This document shows positions 1 to 10,342 of a stretch of 64,000 nucleotides of DNA, in pieces; within the stretch, counting starts at the first letter, position 1; each line of letters starts with the position of its first letter. The notes under the pieces are model-generated. The model was not told where the DNA came from. It saw only the letters and a list, made by a program, of their open reading frames with translations, and made no database searches. Origin of the DNA: Acidimicrobiia bacterium (GTDB lineage: Bacteria > Actinomycetota > Acidimicrobiia > Spongiisociales > JAHEDJ01); NCBI GenBank assembly GCA_029210695.1, contig JARGFH010000014.1:1-64000 (forward strand). The letters run 5' to 3'. Both the position numbers and the translations under genes were made by a program.

Positions 1-1
1 G

Positions 2-2803
2 ATCGCCGAGGACACCCTCGGCAACGGGCGACGCTGGAACGAGATCCAGACCCTCAACGCCGGCCGCACCATGAACGGCGGGCACCGCTTCACCGAAACC
101 ACCGACACCCTCACGCCCGGCTGGCAGCTCCTCCTCCCCGCCGACGCCAACGCGACCGACGAGCTGGCGGCGATCGAAGAGGCCACCACCGAGGTGACCG
201 TCGAGGTGGGGGATGCCTTCTGGAGCATCGCACAAACCGCACTGGCCGACGCCTGGGGACGACCGCCGTCCACGGATGAGATCACCCACTACTGGCACGA
301 GCTGGTCGACACCAACCGGGACCGGCTCGCACCCCCATACGACCCGGACCTCATCTACCCGGGACAGGTCTTCGCACTCCCACCCGTCGCCTCCGACCCC
401 CGCACTGAAACTACCGTGCCACCTCCAGCCGAAAGTACTACGAAGGTCACCGTCGCAGGGGGCGACACCTTCTGGAGCATTGCTGAGAGCTCCCTCACGA
501 ACGGGCTCGACAGAACGCCGACGACCGCCGAAGTCGCCGAATACTGGCGCGAGCTGGTTGACGCCAACCGGGAGCGGCTCGCACCCCCCTATGACCCGGA
601 CCTCATCTACCCGGGACAGGTCTTCGAACTGCCCGCCATTCCCGGCAAACCGGTTCCCGCAGCCGAGCCCGACACCGTTCTGGCCGAACCGAGCGTCGAT
701 GTGCCACCACCGTCCACCTCGACACCGGACCCCACACCGCCAGATGCGACGCCGCCAACCACCGTGCCTGCCCCGGCAACGACAACACCGACGGTGCCGC
801 CCGTGGAAGACACCACGCCGCCGCGCCCGATCCAGGCCGACGACATCGAACCGGCCGATAACGAGACGGCTGATGACACCGCCGACGCCGGGCGGTTCGG
901 GGATCTATTCCCAATCGCCGCCCGGCTGGCCGGCCTCGGCATCCTCGGTGTCGGTGTCGTCGCCCTGCTGCGCCGCCTCCGAGCCGGTCAGCTGCGACAC
1001 CGCCAACCCGGGACCACACCCACACCGCCACCCGCAGAGGCACGCGAGACAGAGGCGACGATACGAGCCGCAGCTGCCCCGACGGCCACCGAGTTCGTCG
1101 ACATCGCCGTGCGAGCCATGATCCACGACGTCACCGCTGCCCACCAACAGCCACCGCATGTCGTCGGTGTCCACCTCACCCCACACACCCTCCAGCTCCT
1201 CCTATGGACCCCGCACACCAACCCGCCACCCGGATGGACTATCGACGACGACGGCCGCACCTGGACACTCCCGGCCTCCACCGACCCTGAGCTACTCCGA
1301 CGCAAAGCAGCCAGGGTCCCCGCCCCCTACCCGACACTCGTCACGGTCGGGCACACCGACGACACCCACCTCCTCCTCGACCTCGAATTCGCAGGAGCAA
1401 CCCGCATCGCCGGCGACCCGGACGATCTCCTCGACACGTGCGCCACAATCGCCACCGAGCTCGCCACCACACCCCTCGCCGACGGCATCCAAATCATGTG
1501 CGTCGGATTCGGAGACGGCCTCGAACAGCTCGAACGGATCACCGTCGCCGACAGCCTCACCGACGTCCTTCCGATCCTCGAAGCCAAAACAGCCGCAGTC
1601 GAGGTGACCGCGACCACACCGCTCGATGGTCGGCTCTCGCCAATCAACGACGGCACCTGGGACCCGATCATCGTCCTCGACCCCGCGCAAGAGGCACCCG
1701 ACGGAGCCGAACGTCTCCTCGCCATGGCCCAGGCAGGTCGGGGAGTGGCCGCCCTCGTCGGCTACCCAACCGGCGACCGCTGGCAACTCCAAATCAATGA
1801 CAACTCGGTTCGCATAGAACCGCTCGGCCAGACCTTCGACCGACGCAACCTCACCGCCGACGAGCAGACAGCGCTGGCGGACCTCGTCACCGCAGCCAAA
1901 GACACCGACGGCATACCAGCTGAGTTGGTCGACGACCCGCTGGCAGACACCGCAATAGCCGACGACCCGATCGAGGAAGCCGACGAACCCGTCGAACAGA
2001 CCCTATTCCACGCCGATTCACCCGCCGTCGAAGGCGAGCTGCGCGAGTTGCCCGAGATGAAGCTGCTCGGGACCCTCCGAGTCGAAGGCAGCGACCGCCC
2101 GTTCCCGCTCCGCAAATGCACCGAACTCGTCGCCTACCTCACCTTCCACCGCTCCGGCGTGGAACCCGACACCCTGATGGAAGCCCTCTGGCCAGAACAG
2201 CCACCCGACAACGAACGACTCAACCGGCACACGTCCCGAACCCGAACCACCCTCGGCACCGGTCCCGACGGTGAGCCCTACGTGCCCTACATCACCGACG
2301 GGCGGTACCGGATCAGCAAGCACCTGCGCAGCGACCTCGAACACTTCACCAACCACATCCGCCAGGCCGACAAGGAAACCGGGGACGAACGAGCAGGTCG
2401 TCTCCACGCCGCCCTGGAACTCGTCGAAGGCGCACCGTTCTCAGGTGCTGGCAACGCCTACACCTGGGCCCACATCGACGGCATCATCACCCACAGCATC
2501 GTCGCCATCGACAACGCCGCCCACCGCCTCGCCGAACACGCCCTCGACAACGACGACCCAGACGAAGCCAGATGGGCCGCACGCAAAGGCCTCCTCGCCA
2601 CCGGCGCCTGCGAAGCCTGCTACCGCAACCTAATGCGAGCCGCCGCCGCCGAAGGCAACCAAGTCGCCTTCGAAGCCACCTACAAGGAACTACTCGCCGT
2701 CCTCGACGCCGACGACGGCCCCGACGCATCTGCCTACCTCGACCCCGAAACCATCGACCTCTACGAACAAGAAAGGCGCAGGGGGCGACGCCAGGCCGGT
2801 TGA
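2..2803 (+). CDS. LysM-repeat / transmembrane / BTAD domain protein (5'-partial; frame open from the window edge)
   Basis: Two clear LysM repeats (GDxFWSIA...DPDLIYPGQVFxLP) plus a third partial one at the edge (IAEDTLGNGRRWNEIQTLN...LTPGWQLLLP); Pro/Thr linker; TM segment LAGLGILGVGVVALL; C-terminal wHTH+BTAD-like region (KLLGTLRV...LMEALWPE...YRNLMRAAA). Confidence 0.85.
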   Translation: MAEDTLGNGRRWNEIQTLNAGRTMNGGHRFTETTDTLTPGWQLLLPADANATDELAAIEEATTEVTVEVGDAFWSIAQTALADAWGRPPSTDEITHYWHELVDTNRDRLAPPYDPDLIYPGQVFALPPVASDPRTETTVPPPAESTTKVTVAGGDTFWSIAESSLTNGLDRTPTTAEVAEYWRELVDANRERLAPPYDPDLIYPGQVFELPAIPGKPVPAAEPDTVLAEPSVDVPPPSTSTPDPTPPDATPPTTVPAPATTTPTVPPVEDTTPPRPIQADDIEPADNETADDTADAGRFGDLFPIAARLAGLGILGVGVVALLRRLRAGQLRHRQPGTTPTPPPAEARETEATIRAAAAPTATEFVDIAVRAMIHDVTAAHQQPPHVVGVHLTPHTLQLLLWTPHTNPPPGWTIDDDGRTWTLPASTDPELLRRKAARVPAPYPTLVTVGHTDDTHLLLDLEFAGATRIAGDPDDLLDTCATIATELATTPLADGIQIMCVGFGDGLEQLERITVADSLTDVLPILEAKTAAVEVTATTPLDGRLSPINDGTWDPIIVLDPAQEAPDGAERLLAMAQAGRGVAALVGYPTGDRWQLQINDNSVRIEPLGQTFDRRNLTADEQTALADLVTAAKDTDGIPAELVDDPLADTAIADDPIEEADEPVEQTLFHADSPAVEGELRELPEMKLLGTLRVEGSDRPFPLRKCTELVAYLTFHRSGVEPDTLMEALWPEQPPDNERLNRHTSRTRTTLGTGPDGEPYVPYITDGRYRISKHLRSDLEHFTNHIRQADKETGDERAGRLHAALELVEGAPFSGAGNAYTWAHIDGIITHSIVAIDNAAHRLAEHALDNDDPDEARWAARKGLLATGACEACYRNLMRAAAAEGNQVAFEATYKELLAVLDADDGPDASAYLDPETIDLYEQERRRGRRQAG
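289..633 (+). repeat. Intragenic duplication encoding LysM repeats (about 289-381 vs 541-633)
   Basis: Near-identical ggctcgcaccccc.ta.gacccggacctcatctacccgggacaggtcttcg in both copies. Confidence 0.85.
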
Positions 2804-2923
2804 GCGACATTCCAGGCATGAAGAGACGCGCACGAACGACCAATGGATCGGTTCGCCCGGAGTGTGCGAGTCGGCATCCGTCTGCGGCCATGACATCAGG
2901 ACACGTCGCCACAAGGAGAGGCA

Positions 2924-3127
2924 TTGATTAGCGCATCCGACGACGACGTCCGGCTCATCTCGGCCGGTCAGGCAGCGGAGCTCCTGCTCATCAGCTACCC
3001 GATGATGCTACGCATCATCAGTGACGGGACACTCCCAGCCGAATGCATTATCGCACGACGCCCATACCAGATATCTCAGGACAAGCTGCTCAACTGGTTA
3101 CGGAAACACCCCATACCCAACGACTGA
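2924..3127 (+). CDS. Excisionase-like / HTH_17 small DNA-binding protein
   Basis: LISAGQAAELLLISYPMMLRIISDGTLPA...YQISQDKLLNWL pattern; AGGAGAGG upstream of TTG. Confidence 0.7.
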   Translation: MISASDDDVRLISAGQAAELLLISYPMMLRIISDGTLPAECIIARRPYQISQDKLLNWLRKHPIPND

Positions 3128-3189
3128 CATGACACGTCAGAGACGTCCCGGATACAGCGACTGATTCCGGCCGTGGGACGTAGCGGAGT

Positions 3190-4017
3190 TCAACTGCGAG
3201 CGTTGGCGGCAGGGTTGGTGGTCGCGGCGTCGAGTCGGCGATGGAGCATCGAAGCCAGGGTCAGCATGTCGAGCGCCTCGGCCTGGTCGGTGGCCCAGAG
3301 CACCTTCGGGGCGTGTGCCGTCGGGTTTCGAAAGGTGCCGAAGAGGCCCTTGAGGAGAGTTGCCAGGCCGTTCTGTTCTGATCGCTCCCAGGCCGTGGAC
3401 AGACTGTTGAATGCGAGGATCGGACCAGACGCGAGGGAGCAGGTGGCATCGACGAGGGGGGCGCCATCGCCAGCGTGACCGGTCAGATCCCGGAGCTTTT
3501 GGGCGACGCTCTTGCACGCCTCCAGGACGGCGTGAAAGTAGTTCCTCTGCAGGAGCTCGGCGCGGCAGAAACGGAGCACATCGGGGTGCACGCCGCGACG
3601 GGAAAGCTCAGTACGGAGGGCGTCAGCTCGCTCCTGGGCTTCGGCGAGGGTACGGGCGGCCCGCACCCGACCCACCTTGCCATCCTCTCGCACCATGTAC
3701 CCCGACAATACGAGGCGCTCGTTGACCGCTGTCCGGTGTGCCTCGAAGTCCTCGGGCGAATCGAAGCGAACCGGCTGCATCACATCCCCAATGAGTCGTA
3801 GCAGTGGCCGTCCGTCCCTCTGTCGGTTCTGTGCCTCAGCGACGGCGTTGAAGAGACGCTTCCATTTGGTGTTGCGCTCCTCCCCTGGCGGCTCGGAGAC
3901 CTTGAGCCGAGCTATAAGGTTAGGAATCTGACCCCCGGTCACAGCCTGGCCGAGCGTGCGGGTGATCATTTCCACGGTCTCAGCGGTGAACGCCACCGGC
4001 GGTTGGTTCGTCTCCAT
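3190..4017 (-). CDS. TIGR02391 family protein (HEPN-like, predicted defence)
   Basis: NYFHAVLEACKSV...GLFGTFRNPTAH motifs typical of the family. Confidence 0.85.
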   Translation of the reverse strand: METNQPPVAFTAETVEMITRTLGQAVTGGQIPNLIARLKVSEPPGEERNTKWKRLFNAVAEAQNRQRDGRPLLRLIGDVMQPVRFDSPEDFEAHRTAVNERLVLSGYMVREDGKVGRVRAARTLAEAQERADALRTELSRRGVHPDVLRFCRAELLQRNYFHAVLEACKSVAQKLRDLTGHAGDGAPLVDATCSLASGPILAFNSLSTAWERSEQNGLATLLKGLFGTFRNPTAHAPKVLWATDQAEALDMLTLASMLHRRLDAATTNPAANARS

Positions 4018-4219
4018 GGCGACCATTATCGACTGGCTGGTGCTCTGGATGATGGCAATGTCCCTACGACTCTGTCCATCATCGCTGACTGCGGACTACC
4101 GCGCCTGACCACGGGGTCGCGTAATTTGCCAGTGAAGACGTTTGTCGCGCTTCGTATCGGGCTGACGTGGTCGTCGGGTATCGTCCGAAGGCAAGGCAAG
4201 GTAACGTCCGGGGGGCGGG

Positions 4220-5494
4220 GTGATGACCGATCAGGACCGGCCAGCGAACCATCCGGTGTTTGACCATCCGTGGCTGAGTGAGTCGCTCGATGAGGCTCAC
4301 TACTTCCTTCATGAGTGTGTCGAGCACTACCACGACGCGGAGCTGGTTCGATTCAATCTGAACGCTGCTATTCAGGCCCTCCGCAACGTCACATTTCGCA
4401 TCCAGGCGCACAAAGACGAGATCCCTTCTTTCGATGATTGGTACGAGCCGTGGCAGAGATGCCTGGGCGCTGACAGCTCGCTCAGGTGGGTGAAGGACGC
4501 ACGCACAACCGTCGTTCACAAGAAGGGCCTTGAGACGGCAAGCCGTGCGAGTGTCGAACTCATCTACTCGTACGAGCAATCGCCGATACAAGAGTTTGAT
4601 CTACCTGCATCATTGCCCACGCACGTGCTCGTCACGCGGGCGCTTGAGTCGGTACCGGAGGCTCTCGCCAAAAACTCGCTCGTCGAGGTCAAGCGCCGAT
4701 GGATATCCGGATTGTTTCCCGATGCGAACGTCCTCGATGTCGCCGGGCGAGCCCTGTCGGTGCTAGGAGCAATGGCGTTCGACCTGAGCCGGTACCTGTC
4801 CGAGGGTGGACTAGTGGACGTCGCTAGCTTGGCTGATGGTGCCGCGCTGCCAGATTGCCTCGAGAACATCGAGGAATCGACGGCGATTCGTGTCACCCCC
4901 GGAAGCGGCGAGTATTACGAGCTTGTCTCTCAAGGAACGATGCGGCCGACCGAGGACGAACTCGAGGAAGCCGAATCGCGTTATGGGGTCGAAGCGTTGC
5001 TGGAGGCGATCGACCCGAAGAGGGTTCACGACCCGTTCTACTTCGTAGAGGCATTTGTCCTGCCGCAAGCGAGGGCCATCATTGCCCTGGACGGCCACCA
5101 TGTAACGGTCGTCTTCCTCCGGATCAGGGGAGCCTGGGTACCTCAGGAGTTCCGGTCCGAGAATCGACTGGAGAAATACCTGATGTGGCGGTCTATTGCC
5201 AAGACCGTGGCGAAGACGAAAGCCGATGGGGTGATACTTGTCGCTGAGGCTTGGTTCGCTCATGCAGATGCATTCAACGGCGAGCTATACCCCGACATCG
5301 CCAATGCGGAGGGTCGGATCGAGGGGCTCCACATCTACGCCGAATCCGAGGATGGACCACATCGCTCGTGGGTCCTTTTCTTCCGACACGTCAACGGTCG
5401 CACTGTGGTGGATGAACCAATCATCGATGACGTAGCAGGCATGTTTCTTGAACCCGTCCGGGAGGTGTGGAGGTCGACCTCCGCAGACTGCTAA
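4220..5494 (+). CDS. Hypothetical protein with N-terminal HEPN-like helical domain
   Basis: 424-aa ORF; EAHYFL...RFNLNAAIQALRNVTF...DARTTVVH (RxxxxH). Confidence 0.6.
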   Translation: MMTDQDRPANHPVFDHPWLSESLDEAHYFLHECVEHYHDAELVRFNLNAAIQALRNVTFRIQAHKDEIPSFDDWYEPWQRCLGADSSLRWVKDARTTVVHKKGLETASRASVELIYSYEQSPIQEFDLPASLPTHVLVTRALESVPEALAKNSLVEVKRRWISGLFPDANVLDVAGRALSVLGAMAFDLSRYLSEGGLVDVASLADGAALPDCLENIEESTAIRVTPGSGEYYELVSQGTMRPTEDELEEAESRYGVEALLEAIDPKRVHDPFYFVEAFVLPQARAIIALDGHHVTVVFLRIRGAWVPQEFRSENRLEKYLMWRSIAKTVAKTKADGVILVAEAWFAHADAFNGELYPDIANAEGRIEGLHIYAESEDGPHRSWVLFFRHVNGRTVVDEPIIDDVAGMFLEPVREVWRSTSADC

Positions 5495-5689
5495 GCCGAT
5501 GCGTCACCTCTGAGGCAGTGAACGAGCGACCAACGGATACGGTCGAGCGGCACAGAAGCGATACCCAAACATCAGATGAAGAGATATCCACCAGGTCGCT
5601 CCCCTTTCAGAATTGTCCTTGTGATGGTGCTCGATTCTGCCGACGACAGTGTGTGAGCTCGTGCCCTAAATATCCAGCCGGTCAGACCA

Positions 5690-7111
5690 TTGAGAGCCGC
5701 TGAGCGACGTCGCCGGGGGTGGGTCTCCAAGTCAGATATTGCTCGCTACGAGCGGTGCGCGTATGGCTGGTGGGCGTACGAGAACGGCCTGATGGTGCAC
5801 TCGCCGCTTGCGTTGGCACTCCTGGACAGAGGTAACAGGCTAGATCGGCAAGTAGCCGAGGATTCCGATCCAGCCGCACAGCAGCTCTCCTCGTTGGCTG
5901 GCGGCGGCCCGGTTACCGTCGGCAGCGCGAAGCTCCGAGACCGGAAGCGGAAGATCTACGGTATCCCCGACGGGTCCGTTGCTCTGCCCGATGGAACGAT
6001 CGCTGGTCTGGAGGTGAAGTCCCATGGGCAGCCCCGGCGCAGCGACGACCTCGAACTGGCCTTCTACAACATGCTGTTGTCGGGACACCACGGCACCCCG
6101 ATCGCTCAATGCGGATTCCTTGTGACCGTCGCCTTGGACGGCTCGCAGCGTTGTCACCTCCGCCAACTGACTCAGGCGCATTTCGAGCGTGTCGACGAAC
6201 TGATCGGAATGGTGAGAGCGGGTCGACGTAACCCACCGTCTGATCGCTACTGCGGGTGCGCGACCTGCAAGGCGCGTTTGACGGACAAACAGGAGCGGAG
6301 CCGCCTCGAGCGAGAGGAGCTAACCATGCTGTGGAACCTCGGCCCGGCCAAAGCAGATGGTCTGGCCAAGGTCGGCATCACCACGATCACACAGCTAGCT
6401 GAGGCTGACCCGAACACCCTCCTGGGTGAGCTGACTGATGCCGGGATCCGCCACAGCATGGAAGACCTCCGTGGGTGGCAGGCCCACATAGCCGCCTACC
6501 GGACCCAAGCGCCGGTGGTCTTCAACCGGCTTGAAGTCCCGGAGCCCCCCTACTACCTCCTCGACACCGAGTACGACACCACCAACCCGACGTCAAACCC
6601 AATCTTTCTGCTGGCGATCGGCACAGTGCCGCCCTCGGGAGATCTCGAGAAGCCACGGACGTGGTGGGCCCCAACACCCGAACTTGAACACCAAGCGCTT
6701 GTCAACCTCAGAGAGGTCATCGACGACAACCCCGACTGGCCGATCGTCACCTACCATGGCAGCAACGCCGACCTCCCGAGGCTACGTGAAGCTCAGCATC
6801 GGTTCGGCATCGTCGACATCACCGAACAGATCACCGTCCGTCATGTCGACATGTTCCTAGCGGTCAAGGCGGCGCTCCGCCTCCCCACCGCTCAGCTCAG
6901 CCTAAAGGCTGTCGAACCCTTTGCCGGCATCGAAAGGGAAGGTAGCCTCGCCGACGCCGAATCAGCCCTCGCTGCCTACAAACGAATCAGACGCCGACCA
7001 GACCAAGGAGCAATCGCCGCGCTGGTGACATACGCTGCGGAAGACATTGTCGGGCTTGCAGAGGTCCTAACTTACCTACGCGAGATCTCAGGATCTGTGT
7101 GCTCGCCGTAA
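5690..7111 (+). CDS. TM0106-like RecB/Cas4-type PD-(D/E)XK nuclease with HhH and RNase_H_2 (YprB-like) exonuclease domains
   Basis: SKSDIARYERC; GIPD...LEVKS; ELAFY; CGCATC; LWNLGPAKADGLAKVGITTITQLA (HhH); LDTEYD...YHGSNADLP...HVDMF...LSLKAVE...YAAEDI. Confidence 0.8.
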   Translation: MRAAERRRRGWVSKSDIARYERCAYGWWAYENGLMVHSPLALALLDRGNRLDRQVAEDSDPAAQQLSSLAGGGPVTVGSAKLRDRKRKIYGIPDGSVALPDGTIAGLEVKSHGQPRRSDDLELAFYNMLLSGHHGTPIAQCGFLVTVALDGSQRCHLRQLTQAHFERVDELIGMVRAGRRNPPSDRYCGCATCKARLTDKQERSRLEREELTMLWNLGPAKADGLAKVGITTITQLAEADPNTLLGELTDAGIRHSMEDLRGWQAHIAAYRTQAPVVFNRLEVPEPPYYLLDTEYDTTNPTSNPIFLLAIGTVPPSGDLEKPRTWWAPTPELEHQALVNLREVIDDNPDWPIVTYHGSNADLPRLREAQHRFGIVDITEQITVRHVDMFLAVKAALRLPTAQLSLKAVEPFAGIEREGSLADAESALAAYKRIRRRPDQGAIAALVTYAAEDIVGLAEVLTYLREISGSVCSP

Positions 7112-7609
7112 CGTGATGGCTGACACCCCGGCGCAGCCAGGTTCACCCCTATCGGGGAGTGACGAGGATCGGTGCGAGATCCTGAACGGCGGACGCTCTC
7201 GAAGCGGCAAGCAAATGGTGCCATCGATCCGGTCAATGCTCTACGCCCGCCTGATGGCCATGCGGTGGGGTGCACCTTCCGGCATCGTGCACCCTCGCCG
7301 TGGTGGCACCGCCGTCGACGATGTGTCAGACCGGACCGGCGCAATGTCGCCATGAGCTGCATGCACGTGATCCGATCACCCAGGCGATACTCGACGATCG
7401 TGCCGTTTCGTCCTGCGAGGGGTGGGGTAGGGGAGGACACCCCCTGCCCTCGGGCTTAGGTTGCGAAGGTCAACAACGGAATCGGAGCTGGAGCGGCCGC
7501 CGCCGGATCTCCACGCTGGAGTGGACCGCAATCCCCCTTCACACTGTGATCTCCGGGTAACCCGTCCGGAAAGGACGCCGTAGCCTCACCCGACCTGATC
7601 GACGGCGGG

Positions 7610-8887
7610 GTGTGGAACACTATCGACGTGGAAGAGCAGACAATTCTCCCGTGCGTGTTTGTTCCGAGCTGTCAAACCCCGGTGCTCGTGTGTCCTGGTG
7701 ACCCGCGGTGCGCCGACGCGACTGCTTGTACGCATGTGGTGCGGGGCTGCTTCGCCCGCCGCAGGGATCCGAACGAGCTCGTAGTGGAGCCAGGTGCGAT
7801 CCGCCTCGTACGTCTCTACGAGTGTCGTTCTGATCTCGGTCAGCGGCGTCGGGCCGTATGGAGCCCGCACGGCTATCCAAACATTGAAGTCGTTCTTGAG
7901 ACAGGTCCGATGCAGTTACAGATGGAGGCCGCGCTCAGACGGACGGTTCACAGCTACGGGCTCGGAACGATGCATGAGTTCCTTTCGAGCACGAGCGTCG
8001 CTGACTCTCCCGAGATCACTGCCAGCATCGAGAGTCGTGCATCCGAGGTGATATCTCACGTGTCCCTCAGCATCGAACTCACGCTCAGAGACGAAGCAGT
8101 GGCAATGCAGAGAATCCTGTGGTGCGCAGACCACCTCAAACACATCTACGGATCGCTCCTCGACGCGGCCGCTGCGATGGCCGCCGCTCATATTCCTGAG
8201 CCGTTCGTCTCGAATGGGATGAAGGAACAGCTCTTCCTGCGACACAGCGAGGATGACAAGTGGATCTGCACACTGACAGAACGGGCACCGTCCCTGACGC
8301 TTTCATCTCGGTCGTCCACCATCGAGGCGGACATGACGCTCCTTGAGGCCGCACTTGCCTGCCTACACATCGAGCTACCGATCCTTCACCGATCGACATC
8401 AGAACTCACAAGTGGCGACACCAAGGACCAGAAACGGCTCGAGCAATCACGAACCTATCGACGCTTCGCCCTTGTCGCCTACCACTCAAGCCTGCAAGAA
8501 CGGGCTCCTTGGTGGCGGCTTCTCACGGCCTACGTTGCCGTCGAGAACCTAGCACGGTCCGCAACGATTGAGTTGGGGCGAGACGGCTTCGAAGCAAACA
8601 TTGTCCAAGCCTTGAAGGCTGTCGAGGAACGATCGGGTTACGCCCGCAAGCCGGACCATGACAACTGGGTATGCCGAGAGAGCCTACCGGTCGACGTCCA
8701 AGTGGCGCTGGCACTACATGTGGCCGGGATCGACGATGTAGGCGAACGAATCGCAGCGCAGTGCGCCGTCACTCGAGCTCGCAACTCAATCGCTCACAGG
8801 TTCGAGCGCGATACGGCTGAGATCGCGGCAGCTGCAGTTGAGATCGCGGCCCTTCTGATTCGCATCGGCTCTGCAGCGGGCTCGTAG
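7610..8887 (+). CDS. Hypothetical protein with C-terminal HEPN-like domain
   Basis: 425-aa ORF; LLTAYVAVE and ARNSIAH (RxxxxH) near the C-terminus. Confidence 0.6.
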   Translation: MWNTIDVEEQTILPCVFVPSCQTPVLVCPGDPRCADATACTHVVRGCFARRRDPNELVVEPGAIRLVRLYECRSDLGQRRRAVWSPHGYPNIEVVLETGPMQLQMEAALRRTVHSYGLGTMHEFLSSTSVADSPEITASIESRASEVISHVSLSIELTLRDEAVAMQRILWCADHLKHIYGSLLDAAAAMAAAHIPEPFVSNGMKEQLFLRHSEDDKWICTLTERAPSLTLSSRSSTIEADMTLLEAALACLHIELPILHRSTSELTSGDTKDQKRLEQSRTYRRFALVAYHSSLQERAPWWRLLTAYVAVENLARSATIELGRDGFEANIVQALKAVEERSGYARKPDHDNWVCRESLPVDVQVALALHVAGIDDVGERIAAQCAVTRARNSIAHRFERDTAEIAAAAVEIAALLIRIGSAAGS

Positions 8888-9122
8888 AGCGGCGGTCGTT
8901 GGCTCAACGACAGCTGACGAACCCGCACGGCGGCGACCCTCTGGCTCGCGTTTCGTACGCGACCGGCAGCCAAAGGCGGTGTTTCGGAGGGCATCACGCA
9001 CGCCGCTCGCCGAATCCGGTTGCGTGGTCCATGTCACACGCACGCAACGATCGCCCTTCGCTCCGGCGTCCCGGTTCAGCGAATCCACGCCACAACTTGC
9101 AGGGTGGTCGGTTGTTCCCTCT

Positions 9123-9758
9123 CTATCCGAACCCCGCACCCTGCCGCGCTCTGACCAGAGCGTCACGAATGAGCTGGCGGTGGTCCGGGCGACTGTTGAG
9201 GTTCACGGGGGAGGGGTGGGGTGCTTCGATTGAGGGCACGTCGAGCTTCAACCGAGCCCATCCCTTGGAGGCCTTCCTCCCGAGTAGCAGCACGACTCGG
9301 AGATCCGGGAGAAGACGAGTCACCAGCTCTTCAACATAGGGTCTCGCCTCATCCAGATCTCCAACCCTGACTCCTCTGATCCTGTGGTCGTCACCGACAT
9401 ACCACGGAACCACATTCCAAGTCGCAACCTCAGACCGGCGGTCAACGCCGGCTTCACGAAGCAGCCACCACATGTTCTCCGCTGTGGCGTCGTTGTTGTC
9501 AGGAGAGACGAAGCCCGACCCACCGCGCTCCCGAGTTGCTCTTGGTCCGGGTGCTTCTAGCAGCAGCAAGACCCGCGCCTCGACCCCAGCTTCTGTCGGA
9601 TCGAAGTCAGGAACCCTGTCCGTGCCTCGCTCGCCACGTATCTGTTCAACGTGAGCAACCAATGGCACCATGCGCGGCGCCATCATCAGGTTTCGTTTTC
9701 TGTGGAGTTCCCCAGAATCGCGATTCGTCCTCGAGGAGTCGGTGCGCGGCCCTTGCAT
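9123..9758 (-). CDS. Uracil-DNA glycosylase superfamily protein
   Basis: LLLLEAPGP, WNVVPWY, VVLLLGRKA, PHPSP motifs; start chosen at an ATG preceded by GAGGAG inside the longer 418-aa ORF. Confidence 0.85.
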   Translation of the reverse strand: MQGPRTDSSRTNRDSGELHRKRNLMMAPRMVPLVAHVEQIRGERGTDRVPDFDPTEAGVEARVLLLLEAPGPRATRERGGSGFVSPDNNDATAENMWWLLREAGVDRRSEVATWNVVPWYVGDDHRIRGVRVGDLDEARPYVEELVTRLLPDLRVVLLLGRKASKGWARLKLDVPSIEAPHPSPVNLNSRPDHRQLIRDALVRARQGAGFG

Positions 9759-9967
9759 CTCCTCACAGAGCGTAACCGGCGGCCTACTCGATTGCTCGCC
9801 GAGGACCGACTCCACGTCAGTGGCCAACTCAAGGGGGTCCCGGAGCCTAACCACCTCGCCCCCGCTCGGTCTCTTCTCCACCTGTCGAGACCCGGCACGC
9901 GTCGTCGAAGAGGTCGGCGGCAGCCTCATCAGCCCGTCGACGAGGTAGTCGTTAGCGTCGAAAGCGA

Positions 9968-10340
9968 TCATGGTCTGAGCCTGGCCAGGCCCCGCAGAGG
10001 GGGGATCGGGTCGAGCCGGTTGGTTCGGGCGTAGTCGCGGAACCACTCCTGTCGTTGCTGGCACTGATACACGGTGTCCAACAGGTCGGGTGTGGACCGG
10101 CTGACTTGTTCGTCGGCGAAGGTCAGGAAGTCGGGGATGGGAACAGCCTCGCGAGGTGGCTCGGTGAGGAAGAAGAATCCGACAGGGGTGTGTGTGGCCT
10201 TGGCGTACTTCTCTAGCTGCTTGAGGGTCGATGCCACCTCCCCGCCTTCCCATGCCGCAAGGCGGGGAACCGTCCAGCCAGATCGTCGAAATCGGCTCCG
10301 GCGACCGCTGGCAGCGGTGCCAGGTTCCGAGCGCGGCTGA
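9968..10340 (-). pseudogene. Frameshifted, truncated XRE-HTH/ImmA-IrrE family gene
   Basis: ADFDDLAGRFPAL in one frame continues as LAAWEGGEVASTLKQLEKYAKATHTPVGFFFLTEPP...QRQEWFRDY in another; the HExxH peptidase half is absent. Confidence 0.75.
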
Positions 10341-10342
10341 CG

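Noticed and set aside
2803..2814. 12-bp inverted match to 43739-43750 (tggaatgtcgct)
   Set aside because: 12-bp matches are expected by chance in 64 kb, and there is no further support.
5690..7111. CRISPR-Cas locus (Cas4-like protein)
   Set aside because: No repeat-spacer array or other cas genes seen anywhere in the window.
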